Below are positions 1 to 12,388 of a stretch of DNA of 64,000 bases, in pieces; within the stretch, counting starts at the first letter, position 1; each line of letters opens with the position of its first letter. The position numbers were made by a program, and so were the translations under genes. The notes beneath the pieces are model-generated. The model saw nothing but the letters and a program-made list of their open reading frames with translations. It was not told where the DNA came from and searched no databases. This stretch comes from Ylistrum balloti (Eukaryota): positions 434,001 through 498,000 of the forward strand of contig NW_026782479.1 of NCBI RefSeq assembly GCF_031769215.1, in the 5' to 3' direction.

Positions 1-774
1 TAATTTGGATTATTCGAGTGTATGGTTTCAAATAATTTTCAACATAAAATGCTTCACAGTATATTTGTATATTGTATAAATCTGTCGTATAAAATGGCTA
101 TTTCATCTAACAACATCCATTTATCATTTTTTCTGCAACTTACTACACATTTTCTAGTCATCACAGGAAAAAATCACTTACATTTGAAATCCTAAAAATG
201 AAATTTAGAGTACAGATATTTCTAGAAATTGTAATTTGATCATTAGTTTTACATGGAATTGATTAATTAAATTTCCTAAAGATTTCCAGAGGTAACTTAG
301 AGAGTTGAGACAGAAGAGAAAATATTGAGGATACTGTTAGATTATTTTGTATACATAATCTCAGAAATAATGGATTACACACAAGAAAGATTTAATAAGT
401 GGTACAGTCTGATAGAAAAAAATCTGCCTGGCTCTATCATCAGTAATACATTAAAGGCTTTATTTGTTTGAAACAATAAGTTACAGATGTAGAGACAATC
501 TTTTTATAGGAAGAAACAGCCTCAGGTGGATTCTCTGTGCATTGCTGATTATAATTGTATGTGTTATTTCAAAACTTCAGATATTTATGTGAATTAATTT
601 TTGCTATGAACCTCATGATATTTTGCCAATTCAAATGTTTAAGTTCAATCTTCTGCTAATTGACACAGAGAGTTAACATTCTAGCGGGGAAATGAATCGT
701 AGTTGTGATAATTAGATGACTGAGTCAGTTTCAACTATTTACGTCTGTGCATGTATTTGATTTCTCTACTACAG

Positions 775-845
775 ACAGGATTCTTGGGTCGACTACTGGA
801 GAATTAAGTTGAAAAAGCTTGCTGTGATATACGTTGTCTGTAATT
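775..845 (+). other. Exon-like segment of an unidentified plus-strand transcript
   Basis: Pyrimidine-rich acceptor (tttctctactacag) and consensus donor GTAAGT at 846. One frame is open (DSWVDYWRIKLKKLAVIYVVCN). A second strong acceptor follows at 1180/1181. No protein recognised. Confidence 0.25.
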
Positions 846-2206
846 GTAAGTGTGTCGTCTTTGTATGATAATTTAATTTAAAGTAACATTGATAAAGTTT
901 GGTTTAGAAAAACATTTAGGGACCAAGATTGTTTAATTTTAGAATTCTTCTTTAACCCTAAAACAATATTGTATATGTAATTTGTTCAGTTTTCCCGAAT
1001 TTGATCAAATTTGTTTTCAGTTGAACTTTCTTTAATATAGAATGTGTTACCAGGTATTTAAATGATGTGACAAGAGATTATTCAGAGGCTGTTTATGGAT
1101 AGCAATTGATTTAAAAAAGTGATGAACACGTCTGTCATAGACGGCATTTTTTCCCCTCCTTTTTCTTTTCAATTTTGCAGATCCCTGTTATGATGTGCAT
1201 TTAATTTATATAATTGTGTATATATTGTACAGTAATTTTTGGGACTCGGACATTTGAGACCCAGAATCATGCTTTGCCCATGTGAAGACCTTATTATATC
1301 TCTAATGAGGACTCCTCAAATTGTGAAACTGGTCATCTGGACTTGCCTTGACAAATCCTACGAAAATTACTGATTGTGTATGTATGTATGTATGGGTGGT
1401 TTTTTTTTGTTTTTTTGTTTTTTTGTTAATGCATTTTCAAATGTATAATTCTGTAATATCATAATTTTTGTATTATTTAAGGTTAAGGATGTATACAGTT
1501 CCTGTTTATTTCAAGTGGCGGAAACAATATTAATGCAGTCAGTCAGTCAATAGAATTGATTATGATACTGTTTGATAATCGATGATGTAAAAGTTTAACA
1601 CAGCATTTTATTAAATCATGCCAAGTGTCATATTTATGTCTGGAAAGTGGGATGAAATTTTTGTCATTTGTATCTTTTTATACATAAGGGCATTTAGAAT
1701 TTTATGTAACGGTAAGAGACCTATGTGTATGATGTTTCTGTAGAAGTATAATGTGTGCAAGCATCAGGTGAAGTGACTTTCTAATAAGAATAATATACTT
1801 TGCTTCTAAGAAACAGGAAATCATGTTCTGTATCTGCATAATATATGTTTTCCACCTAGTGATATGAAAAATTGTAAGACTGAACACTTTATAGTGGTAA
1901 AGGATGATATTCATTCATCCCGTTCATATGATCTGACCCTGGTTGTTGATGGGAAAGTACAAGCAAATAAGTCATGTGATCTGTTCATACATATAAATCT
2001 TAGTAGTAAGTGTCATCCAAAAATTGTCATCTTCACTCTCACATACACATCAAATAATTTTCCATACTCTAAGTCATAATAGCCTGTCTCCCTATCTTTT
2101 CTTAATGAACACATATTCTTTAAACAATTCACCACCATAATGCTGATGTTCTCAACACATTTATAATAAGTAGCTTTACTTCCTAATAGTCTATTAATTT
2201 GTTGTA

Positions 2207-2226
2207 ATATATATATATATATATAT
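2207..2226. repeat. (AT)10 microsatellite
   Basis: Read directly from the sequence. Confidence 0.9.
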
Positions 2227-3212
2227 GGTATCTACTTGTTAATTCATATCTACACTTTTCTGGCTGTAAACCAGAAATTTGTGGCCTAAGCTATTAAGAA
2301 AATTGTTTTATGATCTGAGCGATTCTTAGGAAATCAAAGTTTTTAAAGAGAAAAAAAAAAACTTGGAACAAATTCATTTGGTGCAATACAAATGTGACCG
2401 TGGATTGAAATATCTGTGAATGACAAAACATGGTTATTTTGCATTAATTGATAAGTTAACACAATCAATTAATAAGGATAATCCTGAAAATGACCTTGGA
2501 TAAGATCTGTCCTGGCTTACATTTAGTTACATTAATAGGATAGGTTGGTGTGTTACTACTGAAAAATGGAAAGTTTACAAGTCTGAAAGTGAGCTTTGAT
2601 ATAAAACAATTTTTCAATATAAAATGTGTTAAAATCATTGTGTTTTTTATTCAAAGCTTTATGCATGCTGACCTTTGTTAATATTAAGTCAGGAAGTGTT
2701 TTCTCATTTCCCTACTTATTTTGTCGGGGTACTTGACAAGTAAGTCATTTACTTTAAAAATCAGGAAAGCAATCCTATATTACTGGAAATATTTAGGGGA
2801 TAAGTGCAATTTGTCAGTAACAAAAAAGATAATCATGGAAGAGATGCATTAAGTACCATATAACCGTGTATATCCAGCCATAACTTACTCATGTCGGGAG
2901 GTGGGCCTATTACAGTACTATAAAGTAGCCTTGATGTTTAATTAATTTTGTTTGAGTGGGCTTATTACCAGTTATGGGCACATGACTGGATACAATATGA
3001 GCATAAAGCATAATGCACTGTAATATATGGTTGTTCTTTTGTCAAATGAGACCATGTTTTTATGCAAATATCTCTTTATCAACTGATGTCAATGAATTTG
3101 TGGTTGACTATAACTGTTTTGATACAGTTTACGGACTATAAAGTTGTCTTGAAGAGATAACTTTCATGTAGTGGATCAGTTTTGAGATGATACTACTTAA
3201 CAGACAGTACTG

Positions 3213-3407
3213 GCCTTTCACCTAGCATCAGGTTTGATTGCCTTATGAAAAGGTAAGGGCTGCCTGACCATGTGGGTTTTCACAAGGTACTCCACAACCC
3301 GACCATAATAAGACCCCTCACATGCATACATCACGACCAATAAGAGTGATAAGTATATGTTGAAGTAACTTGTTTTGCAATTGTTGTAAATTAAGTAAAG
3401 TTTATAT
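3213..3407 (+). mobile_element. Degenerate SINE, V-domain-like (copy 1)
   Basis: Shares gcctttcacctag, gcctgaccaNNNNgNttt...gtactcc and the 3' tail ttgcaattgttgtaaaNtaaNtaaagtttatat with the copy at 8627-8841. The centre resembles the V-SINE core GGGTTTTCTCCGGGTACTCCGGTTTCCTCCCAC (recalled from memory). Confidence 0.6.
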
Positions 3408-4375
3408 CAACAGGTAGCTGATTTAGTAATTCATCTGTTCAGTTAATCCATCAATAGTTTTATCTTAATCCTTGAAGTGATAAGTTTGGTTTAACACACT
3501 AAAAGATATATAGTAGTTTCAGCTCTCATGTTAACGTGTTCATACCAGTAATTAAATTTGTTTCAAAAGCAAATTTTTACAAGGATTTAAATGTTGACAT
3601 CACTTTTTTTAGCATTTTTTTGTAGATATTGTTTGAATTCACAATATTTCCATTCATGTTAATAAAGATGATGTCTAGATCTTTAGAAATTTAATCACTT
3701 TAATGGATTCATAATATATAAAAACAAGTTGTCAGTGGGGAGTGAAAGGTGTATGGCTACTCAGTATTTCATGTGGTTGTGCCTATTGTCAAACAAGTGC
3801 TTGATGAATGTACCATTTTGAGGACTCAAAATAAGTCTGCAAGTGTCACATTTCACAAAATACCTAGTGATTATTGTAAATGGAGTCTGTTTTTTGCACT
3901 TTGAAATTTATGTGCTATTATTTGTTTTTTTTATGATGGATAGAAGTATATAATCAGGACAACGCAAACATATTGTAAAGGTATAGTGCAGTACAATATA
4001 GAACCCCTCAGCCCAACATGATAGCAACTGTATTTACACTGTTGATCCTAAAAAGATATAATAAAGGTAACTATTAAAGAGGATGAACCTCATATATGAA
4101 TATATGTTGGGTCAGTAAAGTTGTAATTTTCTTTCAATGTGGTATCTGTACATACAAAATGCTGTAAAATGTATCAGTACTGGTATATATATTTATCCAA
4201 AATCCTTAAACTTTGGAACATGAGAAATAATCCTCTAAATCTGAAAAAAATGGAGCAATGTTGTTCTGTGTTCCCACTTCTGAACAATGCTATATATGTG
4301 ATATAATGTAACCCATAATTGAATAAAATGGATTTATCTCAAATCATTGATTCCTTATTTTTCCATAAATCATTA

Positions 4376-4451
4376 TTAGCTCACCTGGCCCGAAGGTAGT
4401 TGGTATATATATATGCCAGGTGAGCATTGCAGGCCCATTGCGCCTCTTGTT
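4376..4451 (+). mobile_element. Minimal internally deleted Helentron-associated (HINE-type) element
   Basis: Perfect 11-bp subterminal inverted repeat GCTCACCTGGC (4379-4389) / GCCAGGTGAGC (4415-4425), then a 3' imperfect palindrome aggc-ccattgc-gcct and cttgtt. Ends resemble the common bivalve TTAGCTCACCTG... family. Confidence 0.6.
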
Positions 4452-4559
4452 ATATTATATATTATTATTTTATTATACATTGTTATCCTAGGAAAGCATC
4501 TGCTTTTTTACTGTATGGAAACATTGCAAAATTACCACTGTTTATGGTTTGTGTTTCAC

Positions 4560-5300
4560 AGGAAGCCGAGATCATGAACTGATCTTTACAATCATAGATA
4601 TCACTGGGCAAGACACTTTATCCATTAAATGAAATGTGGCAGGCCTTCTGCATGTTCTTCAGTAAGGTTACCTCCAGCCAAGTAAAGTTTACTACAATGA
4701 GTTCACTCCTTAAACAGGGTGATGAAAAAGCCAGACAAGTTACCATCAACATAATCTGTAACCAGGTCTGATTCTAGGCCTTTTGGTTCTGAGGCCTAGA
4801 GAATCCAAGTCTAAATCATCCCAGTGACCTACCTGCCACATATGGCTCTTGGCCTTTTTGTAACTGAGAAAGATGTCTTTTATATGAAAGGTGTAGATAA
4901 TTTGGACCCCTGTGGCATTGAATTTAAGCTAAGGTAATTTGTTAGCCTTCTTCCAAGTAACTTTCCATCCAAATATTATTCTAGACCTTTTGACTATTGA
5001 GAAGAAGTTGCTTAAAAGATACAGATGACAAATGCTGGACCGTGGCATACGAATACTTGGTTCTTTGGACCAAGTGAGTTTAAGATTGAGAGAACTAGAT
5101 TACAATTCCTTATTTCCAAGAAGGAAACATCATCATAGTCTTTCTGCATCTCTAGGTAATATTGAGAAAATTTCCAACCATTGAAAGAACCTCGATAAAA
5201 GATGAATACAAAGCTTTTTAATCTGATGTCATTGTTTAGTGTATCCACACCAACTTCATCAAAGATGTGATATACAAATGTAACCCATTTTTGCCTCACC
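4560..5300 (-). mobile_element. Decayed L1/Tx1-like LINE ORF2 C-terminal remnant
   Basis: Frameshifted, stop-interrupted translation FIFYRGSFNGWK...RTKRPRIRPGYRL...PY*RTCRRPATFHL...CP resembles the L1/Tx1 C-terminal CCHC (zf-RVT-like) region. Judged by eye only. Confidence 0.35.
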
Positions 5301-7406
5301 AGTCTACTAAGTTCTCAGGTTGATTGGATAAAATTACTAATTAATGACCCAAGTTTTTGCACATGAAATAAGATTGTCCATACAATCAATAAACAACAAA
5401 AACATACCATCAATTCAGAATTAATATGCACCTTTATTTGATCACAATTTATTTCATTTTTTGTATCTTTTATCAGCGTAAATTACTTAATTTTCTCTTA
5501 ACAAGATTTAAAATATTGATAAATATAAAATGGATTGATATGTCTCTTGGTAAATTTGTTTTTTCGTTTGAAGCGTATCCATTAAATGCTACAAGAGGGG
5601 AATGTTAATCGCACAAGATGTCCTGTACCCCTGAAAAATTGGGATTGACTTTTTGTTTCTGCAAATTAAGTATACATTAAAATATAACACAGACTCAAGT
5701 AAATGAAATGTTTCATTGGTTTTTGAATCAAGGTGGATGCGAGATAAGAATAGAGGCTTTGTAATTCAACTTTTTACCACGTTTGTCGTATCACATTTTT
5801 CACCAAGTTTTCAGGCCGGTAGTTGTTTGAAGAAAGCCAGTTAAACTTATGCATATGTATTTATAATATTTGACTTAAGGAGTACTGTGCAATATAGCTA
5901 GCTTAAAACTGATTATTAATGAAAAATAGCACACTGGTTTACAGGCAGTTGTTTCTTCAATTTAATTAGAATATTAATTATCAGGTAGATTTAGTTGTTA
6001 TATAATCTGTGAAACTGATAAAATGCTTCAGATAACACTTTTTAATGCCCTTGTCCTGCAGCATCAATTCATTCAAATCAAAATGTAAAGAGTGCAGTCG
6101 CAGATTGACAAGTAAATACTAGACATTATCACAAAATGGATACATTAGAACATTGTATACAGTGGAACATTATTTGTACAAGAGCTCAAGCTGACGGTTG
6201 GAGCTGAGTGTAATAGAACATCTGACATAGCCAATATTTCTTAGACTGCAATACGGAATTGAACAGCTGTAAAATTTCTAGTTAAATTTTTCAACAACTG
6301 AGAAAAAAATAGTTCAGATTAGCAATGATTTCACAGCAAATGCAATAAAATCTATCTTTTTTTTCTTCTTACAATTCTTTTGATTCTTTTCCTTGATTGA
6401 GAGTTTGTTTAAATGATATTCATGATAACATTGTATATTAAGCACTATTTGTAAAAATTACTAATATATATTGTTGAGGTAATGTATTTGCATGATTTTA
6501 AAACGTTGAACTCACTAGTGGATTTCTTTCTGTCACTCCCAGAGAACATTAAACTGTGGAATTCAAAGTTTTCTTACAGAAACACTGAACAATAATATAT
6601 TGAAAATATTTACTCAGAATGAGCTCGAGTCAGAAAAATAGAACTCTTATTGAAAAATAAATAGTCAATCCCTGTTACACTGTCATGCCCCTGTACTGCC
6701 ATCGATTTCTGAAAACAGATGATAATATTAACGCTATCTTCACCTTGTTAAATACAGCCAATTAGAGTCAAGTACAGGTAATTGTTATTTGTAAATTGTA
6801 TTAGAACAGGTAATCGGTGGTATGGTATCATACCACATCTAGATGCAAAAATAAATACCTGTACTGAAAATGTGATTTAATATTATAAAATTGATTCCTT
6901 TATGTTTGATGACTCAATACTCTTATTAATTATTTCACAATATTGATTTTACAATTCTACATAATTATTATTGAACATCGATATATTTGGATTATGTCTA
7001 GTCTGATCACAAAAATAAATATCGTAGGTTACACGCGATTATACACCGAACCACACAAAATGGTCATTTATAGCAACATAACAAAGTACATGATATTTCC
7101 AAGATAAAGTTTTATACAGGGCAATTCTAACGAAATAATATTTTAAAGACGCCATCATTTTATTTCAATCATGTTGTAAAAGATTGCCAATTTTTCCAGA
7201 TAGAAATTCCAAGACCCTAAACATCTGTTCTTTTTTTCCCCACTTTGAAATTAAATTGACTTTCGGAAGCAGCAGAATCTATCAATACATTACTGGATTT
7301 CAGATGTTATTTTGTATCATTTGATGTGACAAGCACAGAAAGGAAACAAAATTGATATTTTTAAAATCCTGTACTTATCATGTACTTTGTTATGTTTTTG
7401 TAACTA

Positions 7407-8114
7407 TCAGGTGTGTAGCAATGCCGGAGACCTCAGTCCAGTAGAGAACCCCAATGATATGTCCGAAAAGTGATCATACAACATTAAGTCCTTGAAACCA
7501 GCATAAACAATATCATGATCCACAACACACTGAGTTGGATTGGTCCCTGTTTGGACATTTCTACTTCGTTCATTTCCATTTGGTTCATGTTTTTCACAAG
7601 AAGCACAACCATGAATGGGATATTGAACCTGTTCATTAGAATTTCCGTAGTTGATGGTCACAGATTTGTTTGGACGTTGGGCTATGTTGGTCGATTGTGG
7701 ATAATCTATCAAATGTTGATCGTAGGTGTTCTGGGTGTCCTTGTTGCCGTACATGTGCTTAACGAAAGTTTCTCTCAACGAAACCACAGTGAAAAGAGAG
7801 AGAAGTCCATCAACCGCGTTCTTTAGCACAGAGAGACCCTCATTACTTCTATCTGTAGCCCTTGTTGTCTCCTCATTTCCATGACCACTGACATCTGTTG
7901 TAACCGTATCTACTGGTGTTTTCACAACAGGAGAGGTATTGTTACAGCGACCATGCAGACCTTTCGGGACAGTTTCTGGAAGACTTGGGAGAGGAGGTGT
8001 CAAGATCACTGGACCATTGATCATGATTGCCGTTGACATAGTGGTGACAAGAAGAGTCGAGCCCACCATTGTCAAAACACTGGCTAAGTAGGCAAAAGAG
8101 CTGACCATCACCAC
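7407..8114 (-). CDS. CNPPD1: CNPPD1 exon 8 (last): hydrophobic segment plus low-complexity tail, TGA at 7407-7409
   Basis: Acceptor at 8115-8116, phase 0. Reads VVMVSSFAYLASVLTMVGSTLLV... and corresponds to ORF 7407..8129. Confidence 0.9.
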   Translation of the reverse strand: MVMVSSFAYLASVLTMVGSTLLVTTMSTAIMINGPVILTPPLPSLPETVPKGLHGRCNNTSPVVKTPVDTVTTDVSGHGNEETTRATDRSNEGLSVLKNAVDGLLSLFTVVSLRETFVKHMYGNKDTQNTYDQHLIDYPQSTNIAQRPNKSVTINYGNSNEQVQYPIHGCASCEKHEPNGNERSRNVQTGTNPTQCVVDHDIVYAGFKDLMLYDHFSDISLGFSTGLRSPALLHT

Positions 8115-8390
8115 CTGCAATAGAATCATTCAACTGTACAATATCGACACAGGATTTGTATTGGAATTCCTTTGATGACATTTAATAAATAATGAAAACT
8201 CTTGTTAGAATCATATAGCTGATTTTCACAAATACTACAGGTCTGTTCCACATAACCATAATTCATTATAACAAAAAATCACATTTATTTTGTCCTACTG
8301 CTACAATTATTTCTTTGGAAAATGGAACTGTGCAATTCAAGCAATATTTTTTAACCAAACTTATGTCATCATCAAAGAAAACTCGCTTAC

Positions 8391-8508
8391 CTTAGAGATC
8401 TCCTGACTGAGAAAAGCAACTAGTCTGGCAATTTCAGGATCTTCTGATAGCACCATGAGGTCTGTGTATGTAAACCAACCCCGGTCTCTGGCTTGTCGCA
8501 GGGCAATC
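8391..8508 (-). CDS. CNPPD1: CNPPD1 exon 7
   Basis: (R)IALRQARDRGWFTYTDLMVLSEDPEIARLVAFLSQEISK; 118 nt, phase 2 to 0, donor GTAAGC. Confidence 0.93.
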
Positions 8509-8626
8509 CTGACAGATAAATAAATATTGAAATGTCAAAGAAACCAATAAGGATATTGAAGAAGGGAATGTATAGTACTGCCCCTATTATTCCCATAAAA
8601 GGTTGTCAGTGTTGCTATGGTAACAT

Positions 8627-8841
8627 GCCTTTCACCTAGCCATTTCGGGCCCGAATCCCAAATGGAGGCGAAAAGGAAGAGGGTCACCAGCCTGACCACA
8701 TAAGCTTTCCCTGAGTACTCCAGCTTCCTCCTACACTAAAAACTTAAACCCTTGCACTCTTACAAAAAGGGTCAACAAGAAAGATTATTTTAAATTGAAT
8801 AACTGGTTTTGCAATTGTTGTAAAATAAATAAAGTTTATAT
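8627..8841 (+). mobile_element. SINE, V-domain-like (copy 2), antisense in CNPPD1 intron 6
   Basis: gcctttcacctagccatttcgggcccgaatcc (B-box-like), cctgagtactccagcttcctcctacac core, and the same 3' tail as copy 1. Confidence 0.6.
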
Positions 8842-9078
8842 ATTGCAAAAGAGGAAAGACCAGACTTAATATTTGTCATTGTTCAGTGGTACAATTATCA
8901 TCAACATTGAATTCCAGAACGAAACTTTAAATATTGAAAGTACTGACTTCAAGACTTTCTTGCACTACCAATTTTATTTTGATATCACCTTAAGGAAAAC
9001 TTGAAAGGGAGAAAGTACTGGACCAAACTTTTTTTTATAAACATAAATATCTCCTTTTTTTTGTATAAAGATACTAAC

Positions 9079-9140
9079 CGTCTTTCCAAGTCATGAAGGA
9101 TGTCGTAGAATTCATTTGGTTTGACAAAAAGCTGCCAGTC
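9079..9140 (-). CDS. CNPPD1: CNPPD1 exon 6
   Basis: DWQLFVKPNEFYDILHDLER(R); 62 nt, phase 0 to 2, donor GTTAGT. Confidence 0.92.
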
Positions 9141-9444
9141 CTGAAACAGAAGCGTTTGGCTCATGTTTCTGATTCTGACACTAATACAATATTCTAATAG
9201 GATCTGTAAATTCATCTCCTGTTACGATTAAACAATTAAATGATTTCATTTCCATAGAATCAGCTAAAATTAAACCTAGCAATGTTACCTAAATCAACTT
9301 TTATGTGGAACTGCCATGAAATATGAAGGTAAAGATTTAATGTTATGTATATGTGATGAGCTTGATATCAACACATAATACTGAAGTATTAGGTGCATTG
9401 AACCATTACACAGCATGGGATAAAACAAAAAGTAACTAGAATGT

Positions 9445-9620
9445 CAGGGTTTTCCATAATTTTGTTAGTAGTAGGCTGTGTAGTGAAAGTAGGAGGCTGG
9501 CCTGCCATGTACGTGTAGTCATGTACGGAACATTATTACGGAACTGGATTGGTGTAGGCGGCCAAATGATCAAAGTAGCCGTTCAAATTGGCCGACGACT
9601 GGCTCTTATGGAAAACCCTG
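9445..9620. mobile_element. 176-bp MITE with perfect 15-bp TIRs and 5-bp target-site duplication
   Basis: CAGGGTTTTCCATAA (9445-9459) / TTATGGAAAACCCTG (9606-9620), with AATGT on both flanks (9440-9444, 9621-9625). Confidence 0.88.
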
Positions 9621-9839
9621 AATGTGGTCCCTTATACAGCGTTGATGCATCCTACATGGTATAGTGGAAGTGTGGACCATGCCATTTAAACTGTGCTGAA
9701 GAGGATTTAATTGATCTCAACATACCTCCCACAAAATGCTACAGAACTTTTGGTCACTGGTAAAGTTCATCTCACATGAAAATATTACATAACAGTGAAG
9801 ATTTCTGCCATCAATTAAACTAAATTTGTTTACACCTAC

Positions 9840-9968
9840 AATTGCTGACAAGAATTGACGCTCCATTTCATTCACTTCTTCAGTTTCTAGATCTGCAGAG
9901 GCTGCCCACTCGTCGTTAAAAACCTCATCATCAATTCCTTCATCGTACAAAAACTTGGAAGCCATCAT
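9840..9968 (-). CDS. CNPPD1: CNPPD1 exon 5
   Basis: MMASKFLYDEGIDDEVFNDEWAASADLETEEVNEMERQFLSAI; 129 nt, phase 0 to 0. Confidence 0.95.
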
Positions 9969-10251
9969 CTGTTAAACAGTAAACTTAAGGTTCATTAATC
10001 ACAAAAAAATTCGAACTGTTATTAAATTCTAACAGTTATGGTCTATTTTCAAGTATGTTTATGATGTTACTGCAACGCTGTTATAAATAGTTACAATTTG
10101 TCGCTATTTAAATATTTTGCTTCACTGAGGAATATCTAATTCTTTCAAACTTTCTTAATTGCAATCAATTTTTTTATAGCAGAATTAAAATTTGAAAATA
10201 TTGCGAGATATTTTTCATTTGGATGCTGATGTGTGATCTTGTCATCCTTAC

Positions 10252-10372
10252 CACAGAAATCAAGAATAGGTCAGAAGAAGAAATCTGTTGTAGGTAAGCA
10301 GGGTTCCGGGTCTTTAAACGTTTGACATAGAGCATACTCATCATTATCGAACATGGTGACATGCAAGCTTGT
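10252..10372 (-). CDS. CNPPD1: CNPPD1 exon 4 (cyclin box)
   Basis: (R)QACMSPCSIMMSMLYVKRLKTRNPAYLQQISSSDLFLISV; 121 nt, phase 2 to 0, donor GTAAGG. Confidence 0.95.
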
Positions 10373-11089
10373 CTGTAACAAAGATGATCTTTTATATATT
10401 GTAACAAGTAGAGTAGTTTTTGTTCAGAAAAAAGGGAAGAGAACAACTTTCAAAAAAAAGATTTATAAAAATCTTCCTTTTTTTTTTATTCTTGAAGTAA
10501 AAACAAACCTCTCTCAAAACCAACTTAGCAAAATGTTTCAATGCTACAAAACGCTTCTAAAGTAATACAATACCAGGAATTTAAATGTGGATGGAGAGGG
10601 GGTAAAAAGAGATGGGCGAGTGGATCCATATAATGCTAGAAAGAATTTAACAACTTAATATATTTCTTCAGTAATTAATTTATAACCTATATCTATGAGT
10701 TACTTACTGACCAACTTTATGCAGCTGTCTATGTCAGAGTTCTGGAAAAGGTGTGTTATTATACTGAAGGCATAATTGTCTCACAGTTTACAGTAGCAGA
10801 CTGCTTATTCAAGTCAATGATAGTTCTTGAAACTTTAATGGATGGAGTTTTGTCCACACATAGTGGTGGAGAGGAGTGTTTGGTTGGGGTACTGATAAGA
10901 ATAAATGGTCTGTTGTGTTTAGATTTCAAGGTTGTTTTGTTGGATTGTAACAGGAATACTTGAGAAATGGGCAGAAAACCGATTTGGATGATTGTTTTTA
11001 AATTGTCCTAGTGCTCGTCTTTAATTACATCTCAAAAAGCATACTCTGTGGTATTATTTACGGGAGACTGCCATTTCAGGTTCAGTTTT

Positions 11090-11160
11090 TAGTGAAGTGA
11101 TTCCAAAATTAAGCCTTTTCAACTTAGTGAAGTGATGCCTAAATTAAGCCTTTTCAACTT
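11090..11160. repeat. 35-bp tandem duplication
   Basis: tagtgaagtgattccaaaattaagccttttcaact twice, with 3 mismatches. Confidence 0.85.
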
Positions 11161-11420
11161 GATTGTGAAGGGTTCAATCTAAGCCTTCCAATCCTATACA
11201 TTACAAACTCCTGATTTTTCCATGAAATCCTCAAATTTATGAACTGAAAGAGTCCTGAAACTCACACCATATAAGATATAGAGTAAAACTTTATTAATTT
11301 TGGTGGTCCTTTGTCAGTTTAAGGAATCACAATTAAGGTTTTGGAGAGTCAGAGATAACACTGCTAACTTATTTCCATATACTATGCACTGCCTACTTAA
11401 GAATCACTCCGTAAACAAAC

Positions 11421-11502
11421 CTTGAAGTTGTTGCAGCCGTGTATGTATCCAGTTTTCCTAGTTGCCTTGGACATGCTTCTTGTAAGTATTCAACAGTTAT
11501 TT
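11421..11502 (-). CDS. CNPPD1: CNPPD1 exon 3
   Basis: (E)ITVEYLQEACPRQLGKLDTYTAATTS(R); 82 nt, phase 1 to 2. Confidence 0.9.
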
Positions 11503-12300
11503 CTGCAAGAGACAACATTTTTGCTTAGTTAACAGAACAATATTATCTATATTTTTTCTGTCAGTTTATTCATATGCATAAGAATTGACCATTGGGTACA
11601 ACAAATGTTGTAACATCAAAACATTTGAGTATATTTTCCACAACTTAAGCCTTGATAGAAAGTTTCAACATCATAACACATCAATGCAGGGTTTCTTTTC
11701 TGGGGGCTCTGTATGGCTGGATATGGGCCCCACCATTGGTTGGATTAATATTATAATATGACCATATACCCAAAAAACATAGTTTACTTCTAGTACTCCT
11801 TCAGATTTCCTTTCCAACTGATCAATTTTCTTTCAGAATGAGACTAAAAGGCCCTTTCCAAAATTAGTGGAAAAAAGCTCTAAACTACAGAGACATCTTT
11901 AAACCCAAAATAATCATCTTTAGTGAATAAGACAGCCTCTATGAAAAGTACCCATCAGCTGTGGTAAAGCATGCCAACATCAAGTTCTTCCTTTCTCTCC
12001 ACACGCCAAGTTAGTCTTTATGGTTCTAACTAACCAGCCGCAATTTCATTTGGTCTAGATCACCGACTGATAGTCAGAGTTCCTTTCCTGACAGTATTGT
12101 GAAAATTTCTTTTTTGATGAGTTACAACTGCCAGTCTAGAGAGATTCTGCATAGTGGTGGCCATTGTATATCGTAAAGTATCTGGTATTTTTAAAGGATT
12201 GAATATTCTGACTAATTGTCCGTAACCAAGACAAAATGAAATCATGGATAGTTCGAATCATTCAGACTAATGCCATATATAATTTACTATATATACAAAC

Positions 12301-12388
12301 CAGTTAGAGGAAGCGAAGGGCGATCAGTGGAGGGTGTTTTTCCATAGTATAAGGTTTTCCTAAGGCGCTCTGCAAACTCTTCATGGTC
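12301..12388 (-). CDS. CNPPD1: CNPPD1 exon 2
   Basis: DHEEFAERLRKTLYYGKTPSTDRPSLPLT; resembles human RIRRRLYYG; 88 nt, phase 0 to 1. Confidence 0.9.

Noticed and set aside
7515-8181. ORFs 7515..7826 (+) and 7942..8181 (-)
   Set aside because: Shadow or alternative-frame ORFs over the CNPPD1 last exon.
11687-11760. CAGGGTTT start resembling the MITE at 9445
   Set aside because: No matching right TIR or TSD found nearby.
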